64,000 bases of DNA. It comes from Somniosus microcephalus. Taxonomy: Eukaryota. Shown one piece after another: positions 12,711 through 25,025 of this stretch. The DNA lies in contig CM126214.1 in assembly GCA_052327205.1 (NCBI GenBank), positions 46,252,001 to 46,316,000 on the forward strand. The letters are read 5' to 3'. Position 1 is the first letter of the stretch, and each line of letters starts with the position of its first letter. The translations under genes and the position numbers were made by a program. Below the pieces are notes generated by a model. It was not told the DNA's origin. It worked only from the letters and a program-made list of their open reading frames with translations, and searched no databases.

Positions 12711-13928
12711 TTAAGCAAATCTGGCCAAGAGGAGTGCATCCCTTGCATTCCGGGCAGCAATGTGCTCACGTGCTGCTGCAGCTGGTTGATGCGCATCCAC
12801 AAGGTTTTCGTTCTCGTCCTCCTCCTCCTCCTCATCCTCCTCCTCATCTGAGGAGGCTATGCACTGATCCTCAGGCAGTTGCGAGCCATGATGCTGTACG
12901 ATGTTGTGCAGCGCACAGAAGACCACGACGATTCTGGATACCCTGGCTGCTGAGTACTGCAGGGCTCCACCTGATCTATCAAGGTATCTGAATTGCATCT
13001 TCAGCAAGCCGATGGTTTCCTTGATGAGGGACCTGGTCAAAATGTGGCTGGAGTTGTAGCATTCCTCAGCTTCGTTCGATGGCCTCCTGAACATCTTCAG
13101 GGAACAGTCCTTGTCTCCAAGTTGCCATCCCGAAAGTTGGTTTGGTGGATTGAAGAGTGGAGGCACACTAGGCTGCCGCAGGATGAACGAGTCATGGCAA
13201 CTGCCAGGGTACTTCGCGCAAACATGCAAAATGTCCTTCCTGTGATTACACACCAGCTGCACGTTGAGGGATTGGAAGCCCTTGCGGTTGACAAAAAGAG
13301 CTGGGTTGTGATGGAGTGCCTTAAGGGCCACATGTGTGCAGTCTATGATGCCCTGCACCCTTGGCAAGCCTACCATATTTGCAAAGCCAACCGCATGTGC
13401 GGTTATACTTGCTTGATCTGTGGAGAAGTTGATGTAATTGTGCTCCTTTGCGAAGAGGGCATCGGTAACCTGCATGATGCAAGTGTGTGCGGCCGACTGG
13501 GAAATGCCGCTCATGTCTGCTGCTGATCCCTGGAAGGATCCTGAAGTTAAAAAGTTGAGTGTGGTGGTGACTTTGACATCCACTGGTAAGGGGTGTCCAC
13601 CCGATCCTTTGGGCTCCAGGTGTTGGTGCAGCATTGCGCAGTTGTCAGCGACTACCTCTTGTGAAACTCTCAGCCTCCTTTGGCACTGCTGCTCACTCAT
13701 GTTGAGGAAGCTCATCCTCAGCCTGTAAACCCTGTTTAGGGGGTATCTCCTGCGGCGACGTGCTTTCCTGCACTGGCATCTTCTGCCCTGTGCACCATCA
13801 GGTGGGTGAGCAGCAGGTTGGCGCTCCTGTTGTTGATGTTGCTGTTGTTGTTCCTGGTTCTGCTGCTGCCACGGCTGCTCTTCATCTGAATCTGAGGTCC
13901 AGGATGAAAGGAAATAAATGGTTCCCAT
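12711..13928 (-). CDS. Harbinger (HARBI1-like) transposase, open 405-aa ORF, probably inactive
   Basis: IIDCTH, NRKGF, HDS present. GDKGY has become GDKDC, WLMTP is deleted, and the IEQT Glu position reads IKET. Confidence 0.85.
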   Translation of the reverse strand: MGTIYFLSSWTSDSDEEQPWQQQNQEQQQQHQQQERQPAAHPPDGAQGRRCQCRKARRRRRYPLNRVYRLRMSFLNMSEQQCQRRLRVSQEVVADNCAMLHQHLEPKGSGGHPLPVDVKVTTTLNFLTSGSFQGSAADMSGISQSAAHTCIMQVTDALFAKEHNYINFSTDQASITAHAVGFANMVGLPRVQGIIDCTHVALKALHHNPALFVNRKGFQSLNVQLVCNHRKDILHVCAKYPGSCHDSFILRQPSVPPLFNPPNQLSGWQLGDKDCSLKMFRRPSNEAEECYNSSHILTRSLIKETIGLLKMQFRYLDRSGGALQYSAARVSRIVVVFCALHNIVQHHGSQLPEDQCIASSDEEEDEEEEEDENENLVDAHQPAAAAREHIAARNARDALLLARFA

Positions 13929-14255
13929 GATGCTGGTAGATACCTCAGTTGAGGAAGCGTTCAGTCAATGTGGGGAGAGGGTTTTCCCAGGAGGTCACAG
14001 TGGAGATGGAGCTCAGCTTCACCACATCCAAAATCAGTGGACCTGCAAAATGCTCTACAAGACCAGAAAAAAAACAAAGTTCAGCCACCTGCAACTGATC
14101 CTTGTTGAAAGCTCCGTTTTTATGGTGGAGCTGCAGCTGTTTCGAAGCCAGTAACTTGTCAACCCGACAGGGTTAGCTGGCGTGTTTCAGGGGAGACGTG
14201 CAGCACACGGGAAATGTGGGGAAATGTGAAAGGCCTCTCAAAATGGGATATAGAG

Positions 14256-14482
14256 TGATGTAAGAAAACTACTAGGCACTTGGTCTAAGCGTTAAACAAA
14301 GCTTTAATCAACTGTTTTACAACATGGAGGTCTAGTTGTGTCCTTCACTAGTTCCTGTTAAGAATGTCCTGCGCAAGCTGGGCCCGTGCCTGAGTATTTA
14401 TACTCTCCCTGGACAGCGCCACCCTTAGGCCACTCAGTATTATTTCATAAGTTTTTCTTTCATGAATGACTGATTCATGTCA
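14256..14482 (-). mobile_element. solo LTR (227 bp) inside Harbinger 2
   Basis: TGATG...TGTCA ends; exact 5-bp TSD TAGAG at 14251-14255 and 14483-14487; minus-strand TATAAATA followed by ATTAAA. Confidence 0.85.
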
Positions 14483-16239
14483 TAGAGGTAGGTAAGTGCC
14501 TTAAGAGCCTATCCCGCCACCTGGAGGCACGAACGAAACGGACTCTGCAAGCCCACCTCTGGCAAAGTTGCGCGGAGGTGGGTTGATGGCGGGATCGGAA
14601 CCCGCCGTCATTTTTTCAAATTTTCCCAACAGTCCCACCTCCAAACATGACTCCTCAGGGCTGGTAAGATCCAGCCCATTATAAGCTCAGTCAATGTGGC
14701 CAGAGGGTTCTCCAAGGAGGTCAATGTGCATATGGATCTCAGCTTAAACACTCACAAGCTCAATAGACCTGCAAAAAGTGTTCCAAAACTTCAAAGCACA
14801 AGGTTCTGTCATCTGAAAGTCAGCCATGTTGCACCTCCGCTTTTATGCTGCAGGAGCAGCTGTCAACAATTCAGATCCTTGCTGAACCCGGCACAATCAG
14901 CTGGCATGTTTGTCGCACGATGGGCAACACACTGAAAATGTCTTAAAATGGGTAGAGCCTGTTAAAAAGGCATTATGTAGGCAGTTAACAAGCTGTTAAT
15001 TGCCTTAAGTGCCTCTCCCGCCATTTGGTGTTAGGTCTGATCGGGACTTGCAGACCCGACACTTTGCAAAGTTGCGTGGAGGCGGGATGGCGGCCGGTTA
15101 GCAGCCCGCCATCAATCATTTTGATTTTTACTCCCGACCCGCCTCCAAACCCGCTCTCTGAGCGCTGGCAAATTTGAGGCCTTGAGATCAAATTTTCCTA
15201 ATCTGTGTGGCAGTAACACATCACATTTACCCATTGAGCTGCTGGGCAAATGGATTATTGAGTTCTAAAGCACTGTGCACACCCCCTTCTGGTGCTTAAA
15301 GTGCCATAGATATTTAAACCACTTATTAATCATCTTTCTTAATGTATTGATCAAAAGAATCATGCTACAAGTCTAGGCTTTCATGTTTATTAGTAACAGG
15401 AAATGAATTTTTTTTTCTGGAAGCTGGAAAATAAATTAAACATTTGCGTGTAGATGTTAATGTCTATGCAAATCCTTCAAGTTTTTTTAAATTTTAATTA
15501 ATTGAGAATTTTTGAAAACTAATCTTCAAACGATGGGATTTGCATATTCCCCTGACAAAGGATAATTATATTTGTTTTACTTGACTTGTTTTTGAAAGTT
15601 TGATTTTTTTTAAAACACAGAAAATATGGCTTCGATTTCGAGACAGCGGAGGCAGCAGGTGTGTTTTTTCCCCTCAGCTTTGTTCCCCTTTCCCCCTGAA
15701 CACACTGACTCATGCTGTGGCTTGGTTCTGTGGTGCTCAGTGCTCCGTGGTATATACTTAAGTGACCGGGTATAATGTGCAGCATTACGAGTAGCCCCTT
15801 TGACTAGGAGGCAGCCGCATCTCCTGTGGATGGACTCCCATCTCTGGTCTCCAATGCAGCAAACATCTCATCTATGGCTCCTAGTAGATATTTGTACATG
15901 GTGACACCCACACCCACATCCTGGGTAACTGTGCTGGCTCACAGGCTAAACTAGGTAGAGGGTAGCTCTTGGGCAGATCTCCCTGAATGATAGGTAGACA
16001 CTCATCTCCCTTCCTAGCGCACATAGTCTACCGAATGAGAAGGCACACTAACAAAGCTATGTGGCTAGCTGAGGTAAACGGTACCATGCAACCATTCACT
16101 ACAACTGATTTCATCTCCAGCCATCTATTGTCACTGGGTCTAGATGCGGGAAACCAATAGACTCTGCGTAAATCTTCCTCACTATAATCTAATTCACGCA
16201 CTGGTGCCATTTACATCTCACTTAAGTGGCCATTCCTCA

Positions 16240-16485
16240 AAGTAGATCTTCTTCTTTAGCACTTAGATGTTAAACATTGCCTGGGTCGAGCACATGGAGG
16301 AAAATTGGCAGGGAGGATCACTTATCCATAATAGACGCTGTCTGATTTCCTGTCCATTAATTTAACTGGACGGAAAATGGGGCCGGTTCTGTTATGTATG
16401 TGTGATCACCCTCGCTCCATTTTCCTCTATGTGCTCCACCAGGCATTGCTTTATCCCCAAGCACTAAAGAGGAAAATTTGTCCCT
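16240..16485. mobile_element. fully palindromic MITE (hairpin)
   Basis: Arms pair along the whole length (CTTTAGCACTT..TGCCTGG..GAGCACAT.GAGGAAAAT with its reverse complement) around a centre GTCCATTAATTTTAACTGGAC. Confidence 0.75.
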
Positions 16486-16489
16486 TCAT

Positions 16490-16780
16490 GTGTATGCCTA
16501 AACAGTGAGTTATTTGTAGGCTGGTCATTCGTAAGGGGCATCACAGCCTGTCTACCCTTACCCAATGCCCACTAAAGGGTCACTGAATATTGATCAAAAG
16601 TGGGAAGCTTTCAATTATATTTACATTTTATCCCAATGGCACTGAGTGTGATTGTAGTGCCCATGCTGCTACCCCAGCTGAGATCAGCTAAGCCAGCATT
16701 GACCAGGGATCAAACCAAATCCTTGATCTATAATATGGCCCAGTTCCACACTGGGAAGTGCACCTAACAGCTGAGCATAA
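16490..16780 (-). mobile_element. ancient tRNA-type SINE (same family as 4715)
   Basis: Shares CAGTGAGT..GGCATCACAGCC and GCTGAGATCAGCTAAG motifs with the 4715 copy. Confidence 0.5.
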
Positions 16781-16817
16781 GGAACAGTTAAAATAATAAT
16801 TCAGTCATAGATTCATA

Positions 16818-17408
16818 GAAACATAGAAGATAGGAGCAGGAGTAGGCCATTCGGCCCCTCGAGCCTGCTCCGCCATTCAATGTGATCATGGCTGATCATC
16901 CAAATTCAGTACCCGGTCCATGCTTTCTCCCCATACCCCTTGATCCCTTTAGCCTTAAGAAATATATCCAACTCCTTATTGAATATATTTAATGAATTGG
17001 CCTCTACTGCCTTCTGTGGTAGAGAATTCCACAGGTTCACCACTCTCTGGGTGAAGAAATTCCTCCTCATTTCTGTCCTAAATGGCATACCCTTTATCCT
17101 TAGACTGTGACCCCTGGTTCTGGGCTCCCCGACCATCGGGAACATCCTTCCTGCATCTAGTCTGTCCAGTCCTGTCAGAATTTTATAAGTTTCAATGAGA
17201 TCCCCTCTCATTTTTCTAAACTCCAGCGAGTATAAGCCCAATCGACCCAATCGCTCCTCATACGTCATACCTGCCATCCCAGGTATCAGCCTGGTGAATT
17301 TTCGCTGAACTCCTTCCATGGCAAGAACATCCTTCCTCAGATAAGGCGACCAGAACTGCACACAATACTCAAGATGTGGTCTCACCAAGGCCCTGTACAA
17401 CTGTAGCA
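16818..17408 (-). mobile_element. CR1 3' fragment (same young family as 9837), inserted into the tail of another CR1
   Basis: ORF 16906-17400 is nearly identical to the C-terminal part of 9924-10535. Confidence 0.9.
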
Positions 17409-20400
17409 GTCATAGCGGCACAGAAAGAGGCCATTTGGCCCATCATGTCCATGCCGGCTCTCTGTACAGCAATCCAGTCAGTCCCATTCCCCCGCTCTAT
17501 CCCCGTAGCCCTGCAAGTTTATTTCCCTCAAGTACCTATCCAGTCTCCCCTTGAAAACATTGAGTGTCTCCGCTTCCACCACTTCCATCGGCAGCGAGTT
17601 CCAGGTCCTCACCACTCACTGCGTAAAAAAGCTTTTCCTCACGTCCCCCCTGTATCTCTTGCCCAAAACCTTAAATCTATGTCCCCTAATCCTTGTACCA
17701 ATAACTAGTGGGAACAGCCTTTCCCCGTCTAGCCTATCCAAACCCGTCATAATCTTGTACACCTCTATCAAATCACCCCTCAACCTCCTTTGCTCCAATG
17801 AAAACAAATCCAGCTTCTCCAACCAGTCCTTGTAGCTATGATCCCCCATCCCCAGAACCATTCTGCTAAATCTCCTCTGCACCCTCTCAAGTGCCTTCAC
17901 ATCCTTCCTAAAGTGTGGTGACCAGAACTGGATGCAATGCTCCAGTTGTGGACTAACCAGCACTTTATAAAGGTTCAGCATAACTTCTCTACTTTTGTAT
18001 TCAATACCTCTATTTATGAAGCCCAAGATCCCATATGCTTTGCTAACCACTCTCTCAATATGTCCTGCCACCTTCAGAGACCTATGCACATTAACTCCCA
18101 GGTCCCTCTGTCCCTGCACACTCTTTAAAACCGTGCCATTAAGTGTATAGTGCCTCTCCCTGTTCCTTCTGCCAAAATGCATCACCTCACACTTCTCTAT
18201 TAAATTCCATCTGCCACTTGTCTACCCATTCTGCTAGCCTTTCTATGTCCTGTTGCAGTCGATTGGTATAATCCTCACTGTTTACCACACCCCCAAGTTT
18301 GGTGTCATTGGCAAATTTAGAAATTCTACTCTGTATTCCAATATCCAGGTCATTTATATATATCAAAAAAAGCAGTGGCCCCAGCACTGACTCTTGGGGA
18401 ACACCACTGTCTACCATCCTCCAGTCTGAAAAACAGCCATTTACCACAACTTGCTGTTTTCTGTCCTTACGCCAATTCCTTATCCAAGCTGCCACTGACC
18501 CACCTATTCCACGAGCCTCAATTTTGTTAAGCAGCCTTCTGTGTGGTACTTTGTCACATGCCTTCCGAAAATCCATGTAGACAACATCCATTGCATTCCC
18601 TTCATCAATCCTCACTGTTACTTCATCAAAAAATTCAATTAGATTAGTCAAACACGATCTGCATTTACAAATCCGTGTTGGCTCTCCTTAATTAGCTTAA
18701 ACCTCTCCAAGTGCCCATTAATTTTTTCCTTGATTATTGTTTCTAAAACTTTACCCACCACTGATGTTAAACTGACTGGCCTGTAATTACTAAGATTGCC
18801 CTTACACCCTTTCTTGAATAACGGTGTCACAATTGCCACTTTCTAATCCTCAGGCACCTCCCCCGCATCTAGGGAAGATCGGAAAATTATGGCAAGCCCT
18901 CTGCTATCTCCTCCCCCAATTCCCTTAGCAACCTGGGATGCAAGCCATCTGGACCAGGCGACTTATCCACTCTAAGCATACCCAGCCTTTCTAGTACATC
19001 CTGTCTATCAATTTTCACCCCTTCCATTGCTTCTACCTTTTCCACTTCTACCGATATTTTGTCAGCATCCACCTCCTTAGTAAACACCGATACAAAGTAC
19101 TCATTGTGTATTCTAGCCTTGCCCTGCGCCTCTAAACATATATCACCTTCTTTGTCCCTAATAGGCCCCACCCCACCTCTTACTACCCGCTTATTCTTTA
19201 GAAGATTTTTGAGTTCCCTTTTATGTTAACCGCCATTCTACTCTCATATTCTCTCTTTGCCAATCTTATTTTCATCTTCACTTCCCCTCTCAACTTATTG
19301 TATTTGGTCTGGTTCTCCCTTGAAGAATTCACCTGACATTCATCATACAGCCCTTTTTTTGTTTCATCATCTTCTCTATCTCCCTTGTCATCCAAGGAGC
19401 TCTTGCTTTGGTTCCCTTACCCTTCCCTTTTGTTGGAATGTACCTAGCCTGTACTTGGAACATCTCCTCCTTAAAGATCACCCATTGTTCCATTACAGTT
19501 TTTCCTGTCAGACTTTGGTTCCATTTTACCTTAGCTAGATCCTTTCACATCCCATTGAAGTTAGCCCTATTCCAGTTTAGAAGTTCCACTCTAGATTTTT
19601 CCTTGCTCCTCTCCATTGCTAATCTAAATCTTATGATACGATGATCACTCGTACCCAAGTGTTCTCTCACAGACACTTGGTCGACCTGGCCCACCTCATT
19701 CCCAGCACCAGATCCAGCAATGCCTCCTTCCTAGTTGGGCCAAGAACACACTGGTCAAGGAAATTTTCCTGAACACATTTCAGAAATTCCTCCCCCTCCT
19801 TTCCCTTTACCCTGGCATTATCCCAATCGATATTTGGGTAATTAAAGTCCCCCAATATCACCACTCTATAGCTCTTGCATATCTCTGCAATTTCCCTCCA
19901 GATTTGCTCCTCTACCTACCTCTCGCTATTTGGAGGACTGTAGAATACCCCAATAGCATATTCATACCCTTTTTGCTCCTCAACTCTAACCAAATGAATT
20001 CTGTCCTTGTCCCCTCAAGAACATCCTCCCTTTCCAACACTACAATGTCATCCTTAATCAGCACTGCCACCCCACCTCCCTTTTTTCCTTCCCTATCTTT
20101 TCTGAACACCTTGTACCCTTGAATATTAAGTGCCCAGTCCTCACCGTTTTTAAGCCACATTTCCGTTATTGCCGCAACATCATATTGCCACACGGCTAAT
20201 TGTGCTTGTAGCTCACTAACCTTATTCTCCACACTTTGCGCGTTTATGTACTTGGATTCTAAACTCATTTTTGAATTTTTCATAGTCTTTCTTAGTCTGC
20301 TCCTATCTAATATGATACTACTTCTGCCTCTAATGCTACTTTCTTCTCTAGTACTATCCAACACATTCATTCTATTATGCACCTTATTCCTCCTTTCTAC

Positions 20401-20485
20401 TCCTAACTGCTGGTGCCCATGCTCCTGCCAAACTAATTTAAACCCTCCCCAACAGCACTAACAAACCTCCCCATGAGAATATTAA
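17409..20485 (-). mobile_element. CR1 LINE (second family): end of ORF1 plus fragmented ORF2 (APE endonuclease and RT)
   Basis: YINAQS..ITEMWL, ILGDFNYP, KSPGPDGLHP, NYRPVSLTS, FANDTK; many frameshifts. Confidence 0.92.
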
Positions 20486-20771
20486 CATATTCAGTATGTT
20501 AAGTAGAGTTTAAGTCCCAGTTTTACACCTTCTGTATAAATTACATACATGATTGCATTATACAGCAATATTTCACTTATCACTGTTGTGAGATTAGCAG
20601 TGCAAGTCACAATGCAGTTATAGGGCTAGTACTATGATTAGATAAGTTATAGAGGCTCATTTTCAACTTTGCCGTCTGGGTGGTAACTTGGCAGAGTGGA
20701 CCTCCTGGCCATTGTAGAACCCGCTCGATTTTCTGGCCATTGAAATCAATTGAACCTCTTAAAAATCTTAA

Positions 20772-20962
20772 ACACAAATAGAAAATCATGGAAACTCTCA
20801 GCAAATCAGACAGCATCTATGGAGAGAATAGATCCGTCAGTGTTTCAGGTGCACACTTTGACTTATCCGTCTTCTCCACAGATGCTGCCTGTCCTGCTGA
20901 GTGTTTCCAGCATTTTCTGATTTTGTTTCAGATTCCTAGCATCTGCAGTATTTTGCTTTTTG
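20772..20962. mobile_element. Penelope-like pseudo-LTR remnant in inverted arrangement
   Basis: TCTCCACAGATGCTGCCTGTCCTGCTGAGTGTTTCCAGCATTTTC matches 52840-52890 and is preceded by its own inverted copy. Confidence 0.65.
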
Positions 20963-22311
20963 TTCTAAAAAAATCTTAACCTCGTTTATGTAGTAAACCG
21001 TACGAACTCCTTTTTAAGGTGCTTCAGCTCCGTTCTGGCCTTTAACAATAGAGCCCGGGTCTAACCAGGCTCCAACAGCTCTTTATCCTGAGGTGTTCTT
21101 TACTGCCGGTGGCCACTGAGGGAAATGTGGTCCCACATAAAACCCCACTTACCCACCAAGATTTACACGCAGCAGGACAAAGGTGCAGCCGCTGAAGACG
21201 GCCAACCTGCTAGAGGGATATGAGTCCGGCATATATCTAGGGCGATGATCTGGTTTTGGGCCTTACCACCTAATTTTCATCCGTTGACCGACCTAAGTAC
21301 GGGTGAAAATGAGAAGCTTAACAGAGGGAAATCCAAGCCTATTAGTCTACATCTGAAAGAATTGTGCAAAACAAACGAAGCAATGTGAATCCTTCAGTAT
21401 GCTCTAGCCAGGTAATTAACGGTGACTGTAATGTTATAAATGATATACACTGCTTCATGCAGGCCTATCGGTGTACCCCTTGAAAACTGCAATCTCCCAA
21501 ACTAATGCACTGTATTGGTTAGTCAAAGTATTCACTCTCACTAGCTGGAGAGAAATGGAGGTGGGGCTATCACAGCATGTGTACTGATCGCGAACACTTG
21601 CTAGTAAAAGGATGGAGGATTTGTGCCATTGCTGTGGTCACTGGGAGCTTCCATAACTTACACGTGCTTTCTCTTAACCTCTGGTGGTAGAATGCAAGAG
21701 AAACTCTTGAAACGGGGTGGATGCGAAGAGAAAAGAGAAATACACCAAAATGAAGAGAGAAAATGTAGAGTAAAATAAGGAAAAGAAAGATAAGAAAGAG
21801 GGTCAAAATATATTAAGAAAAATACTTTATCAACCAAAAACTTGATGAAATCTTCTATACATGACAATTATACTTTGTTGCACCATATTCAGTCAGTTGA
21901 TTATACCAAATGAAAGTTAGACTGTTAAAATTTGTTACAATGTTCCTGATGTAATAGATAGATTGCATGCCTCATGGAACGTGCATTGTGAGTTTATTTT
22001 TGGTGCATTGACTATAAATTGGAGCACTCCAGATACTGCTATTTTGATGATTGCACTAAGACATCCAGCAGCTGAAGAGTCTTCGAAGAATATAGCTTCT
22101 GTAGAGCAGACGCAGTTGTGATTCTTTATTGGTCTGTTTGCTTCACAAAAATAATTTGAAATTTCACCAAGATATCTAAAAAGCTTGCATCAAATCTGAT
22201 ATTTACAATTTTCAATTTCTCTCCTCCTAATACACAGGTGGCATCCTTTTTCAGTGTAAGTCTAGATAGTGAATGTCGGCAAGTAATTCAACCTTAAAGA
22301 ACATCACAGTT

Positions 22312-22875
22312 AATTTTACAATTCTCATCCTTGTTTTCAAATTCCTCCATGGCCTCGCCCCTCCCTAACTCTGTAGCCTCCTCCAGCCCTACAACCGTGG
22401 CCGAGCAGCACTCTTGATATCCGGCACAGTCGGTGAACCGGCTTTTAAACTGAAAAAACTGCGCTTGCACGGAATTTTGAATGGGCCCCGCAATCCGTTA
22501 AAGGGACCGCGTGGCTCAAAGAGAAATTACAGGGAACATTGATTACAACCCTCTGAGACCTCTGTGCGCCTCCAATTCTGGCCTCTTGCGCATCTCTGAT
22601 TTTAATCGCTCCACCATTGGCGGCAGTGCCTTCAGCTGCGTAGGCCCTAAACTCTGGAATTCCCTGCCTAAACCTCTCCGCCTCTCTACCTCTCTTTCCT
22701 CCTTTAAGATGCTCCTTAAAACCCACCTCTTTGTCCAAGCTTTTGGTCACCTGCCCTAATATCTCCTTATGTGGCTCGCTGTCAAATTTTGTTTGATTAC
22801 ACTCCTGTGAAGTGCCTTGGGACTTTTTACTATGTTAAAGGCGCTATATAAATGCAAGTTATTGTTGTTGTTGTT
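22312..22875 (+). mobile_element. L2-clade LINE 3' end
   Basis: GGSAFSCVGPKLWNSLP..SFKMLLKTHLF; tail GCGCTATATAAATGCAAGTT(GTT)n. Confidence 0.85.
22397..22541. mobile_element. small insertion in the L2, possibly a hAT-type MITE end
   Basis: Interrupts L2 with TACAACC repeated on both sides; right end AGGGAACATTG resembles a hAT TIR; left TIR is missing. Confidence 0.4.
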
Positions 22876-23384
22876 AAGTCTGATTCTGACCTCACCTTCT
22901 TCCTCTTCTTTCGTATGGTACAGTAGTAGCAAAGCAAATCAAATGTCAATATCTAAGTTGGATATCCAGACCAAAGCTTCTGGTGTAACAGGGTGGATAC
23001 CTTGTAGGCTGCCTGCAAATTTCCTCTGAGTTCCTCACCTGATGTCCACACACATATGGGCTCACTGGAGGGCAATCAGGACTCCAAACCCCAGCTGATT
23101 CTTTTCACCTCTTCAGCTCAATGGCGCGGAAGCCAATTATAGACCTTGAACTTCCTCTGTATTTGCATCCAGAGACACACATAACCGAGGTGCGAATCAA
23201 TGCCCCAGCCTAAAAGAGCCCGGATCTTTGGGCATGACTGAGTTATGCACCTAAGTTTAATATGCCCATATCTCTTCGATCTTTTATGGCCGTCTATCAA
23301 TCCCTCCGCTCAAACACATATCTGCCCATAAAACTGGCACCACCCCAAGTTACAGAGCCCATATACAAGCTTCCTGCAGTTTGT

Positions 23385-24690
23385 TTTTATTCATTCATGG
23401 GATGTGGGCATCGCTGGCAAGGCCAGCATTTATTGCCCATCCCTAATTGCCCTTGAGAAGGTGGTGGTGAGCCGCCTTCTTGAGCAGCTGCAGTCCGTGT
23501 GGTGAAGGTACTCCCACAGTGCTGTTCGGGAGTGAGTTCCAGGATTTTGACCCAGCAACGATGAAGGATCGGCGATATACTTCTAAGTCAGGATGGTGTG
23601 TGACTTGGAGGGGAACTTGGAGGTAGTGGTGTTCCCATGCGCCTGCTGCCTTTGTCCTTCTCGGTGGAAGAGGTCACGGTTTTGAGAGGTGCTCCGAAGA
23701 AGCCTTGGCGAGCTGCTGCAGTGCATCTTGTAGATGGTACACACTGTAGCCACGGTATGCTGCTGGTGGAGGGAGTGGATGTTTAAGGTGGTGGATGGGG
23801 TGCCAATCAAGCGGACTGCTTTGTCCTGGATGGTGTTGAGCTTCTTGAGTGTTTTTGGAGCTGCTTTCATCCAGACAAGTGGAGAGTATTCCACCACACT
23901 CTTACGTGTGCCTTGTAGATGGTGGAAAGGCTTTGGGGAGTCAGGAGGTGAGACATTCACTGCAGAATACATAGCCTCTGACCTGCTCTTGTTGCCACAG
24001 TATTTATGTGGCTGGTCCAATTAAGTTTCTGGTTAATGGTAACCCCCAGGATGTTGATGGTGGGGAATTCGGCGATGGTAATGCCGTTGAATGTCAAGGG
24101 GTGGTGGTTAAACACTCGCTTTTTTGAGATAGTCTTTGCCTGAAATTTGGGTGGCGTGAATGTTACCTTCCACTTATCAGTCCAAGCCTGAATGTTGTCA
24201 AGGTTTTGCTGCATTACCTGAGGAGTTGCGAATGGCACGGAACACTGTGCAGTCATCAGCGAACATCTCCACTCCTGACCTTATGAGGGAGGGAAGGTCA
24301 ATTGATGAAGCAGCTGAAGATGGTTGGGCCTAGGACACTGCCCTGAGGAACTCCTGCAGTGTTGTCCTGGGGCTCTGATGATTGACCTCCAACCACCACA
24401 ACCATCTTCCTTTGTGCTAGGTGTGACTCCAGTCAGTCGAGAGTTTTCCCCCCGATTCCCATTGACTTCAGTTTTACTAGGGCTCCTTGATTTCAAGGGC
24501 AGTCACTCTCACCTCACCTCTGGAATTCAGCTCTTTTATCCATGTTTGGACCAAGGCTGTAACGAGGTCTGGAGCCGAGCGCACCTGGCAGAACCCAAAC
24601 TGGGCATCAGTGAGCAGGTTATTGGTGAGTAAGTGCTGCTTGATAGCACTGTTGACGACACCTTCCATCATTTTGCTAATGATTGAGAGT
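23385..24690 (-). mobile_element. CR1/L2-group LINE 3' fragment, degenerate RT
   Basis: SIISKMMEGVVN..QFGF, VRSVVEYSPLVW..IQDKAVRLI remnants; same 3' end as 57010. Confidence 0.8.
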
Positions 24691-24729
24691 GCTGGGTGGT
24701 CCATCCGGTTTTATCCTTATTGTTTTTCG

Positions 24730-25025
24730 TAGTGGCCATTTAAGAGTCAACCACATTGCTGTGGGTCTGGAGCCACATATAGGCCAGACCAGGTAAGGAT
24801 GGCAGATTTCCCTTCCTAAAGGACATTGGTGAACCAGATGGGTTTTTCTGACAATCCGATAGTTTCATGGTTACCATTAATGATACTAGCTTTTTTATTC
24901 CAGATTTATTTAATTAACTGCATTTAAATTCCCCAGCTGCCATGGTAGGATTTGAACTCACATCTCCGGCTCATTAGTCCAGGCCTCTGGATTTTTAGTC
25001 CAGTAACATAATCACAACGCTACCG
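24730..25025 (-). mobile_element. tRNA-derived SINE
   Basis: Minus-strand head GGTAGCGTTGTGATTATGTTACTGGACT..GAGTTCAAATCC. Confidence 0.6.

Larger units (their letters stand above)
8688..14677. mobile_element. Harbinger/PIF DNA transposon copy 2 (nested)
   Basis: Left end GGACTGCATTTTGCCA vs reverse complement of right end GGGCTGGATCTTACCA; 3-bp flanks GTT/ATT; same two-gene layout as copy 1. Confidence 0.85.
4946..15181. mobile_element. Harbinger/PIF DNA transposon copy 1 (outer), with copy 2 nested inside
   Basis: Left TIR GGCCGTGAATTTGCCA vs reverse complement of right end GGCCTCAAATTTGCCA. Convergent Myb/SANT gene (+) and transposase (-). The transposase upstream region resumes at 14678 and parallels 13960-14250. 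Confidence 0.85.
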
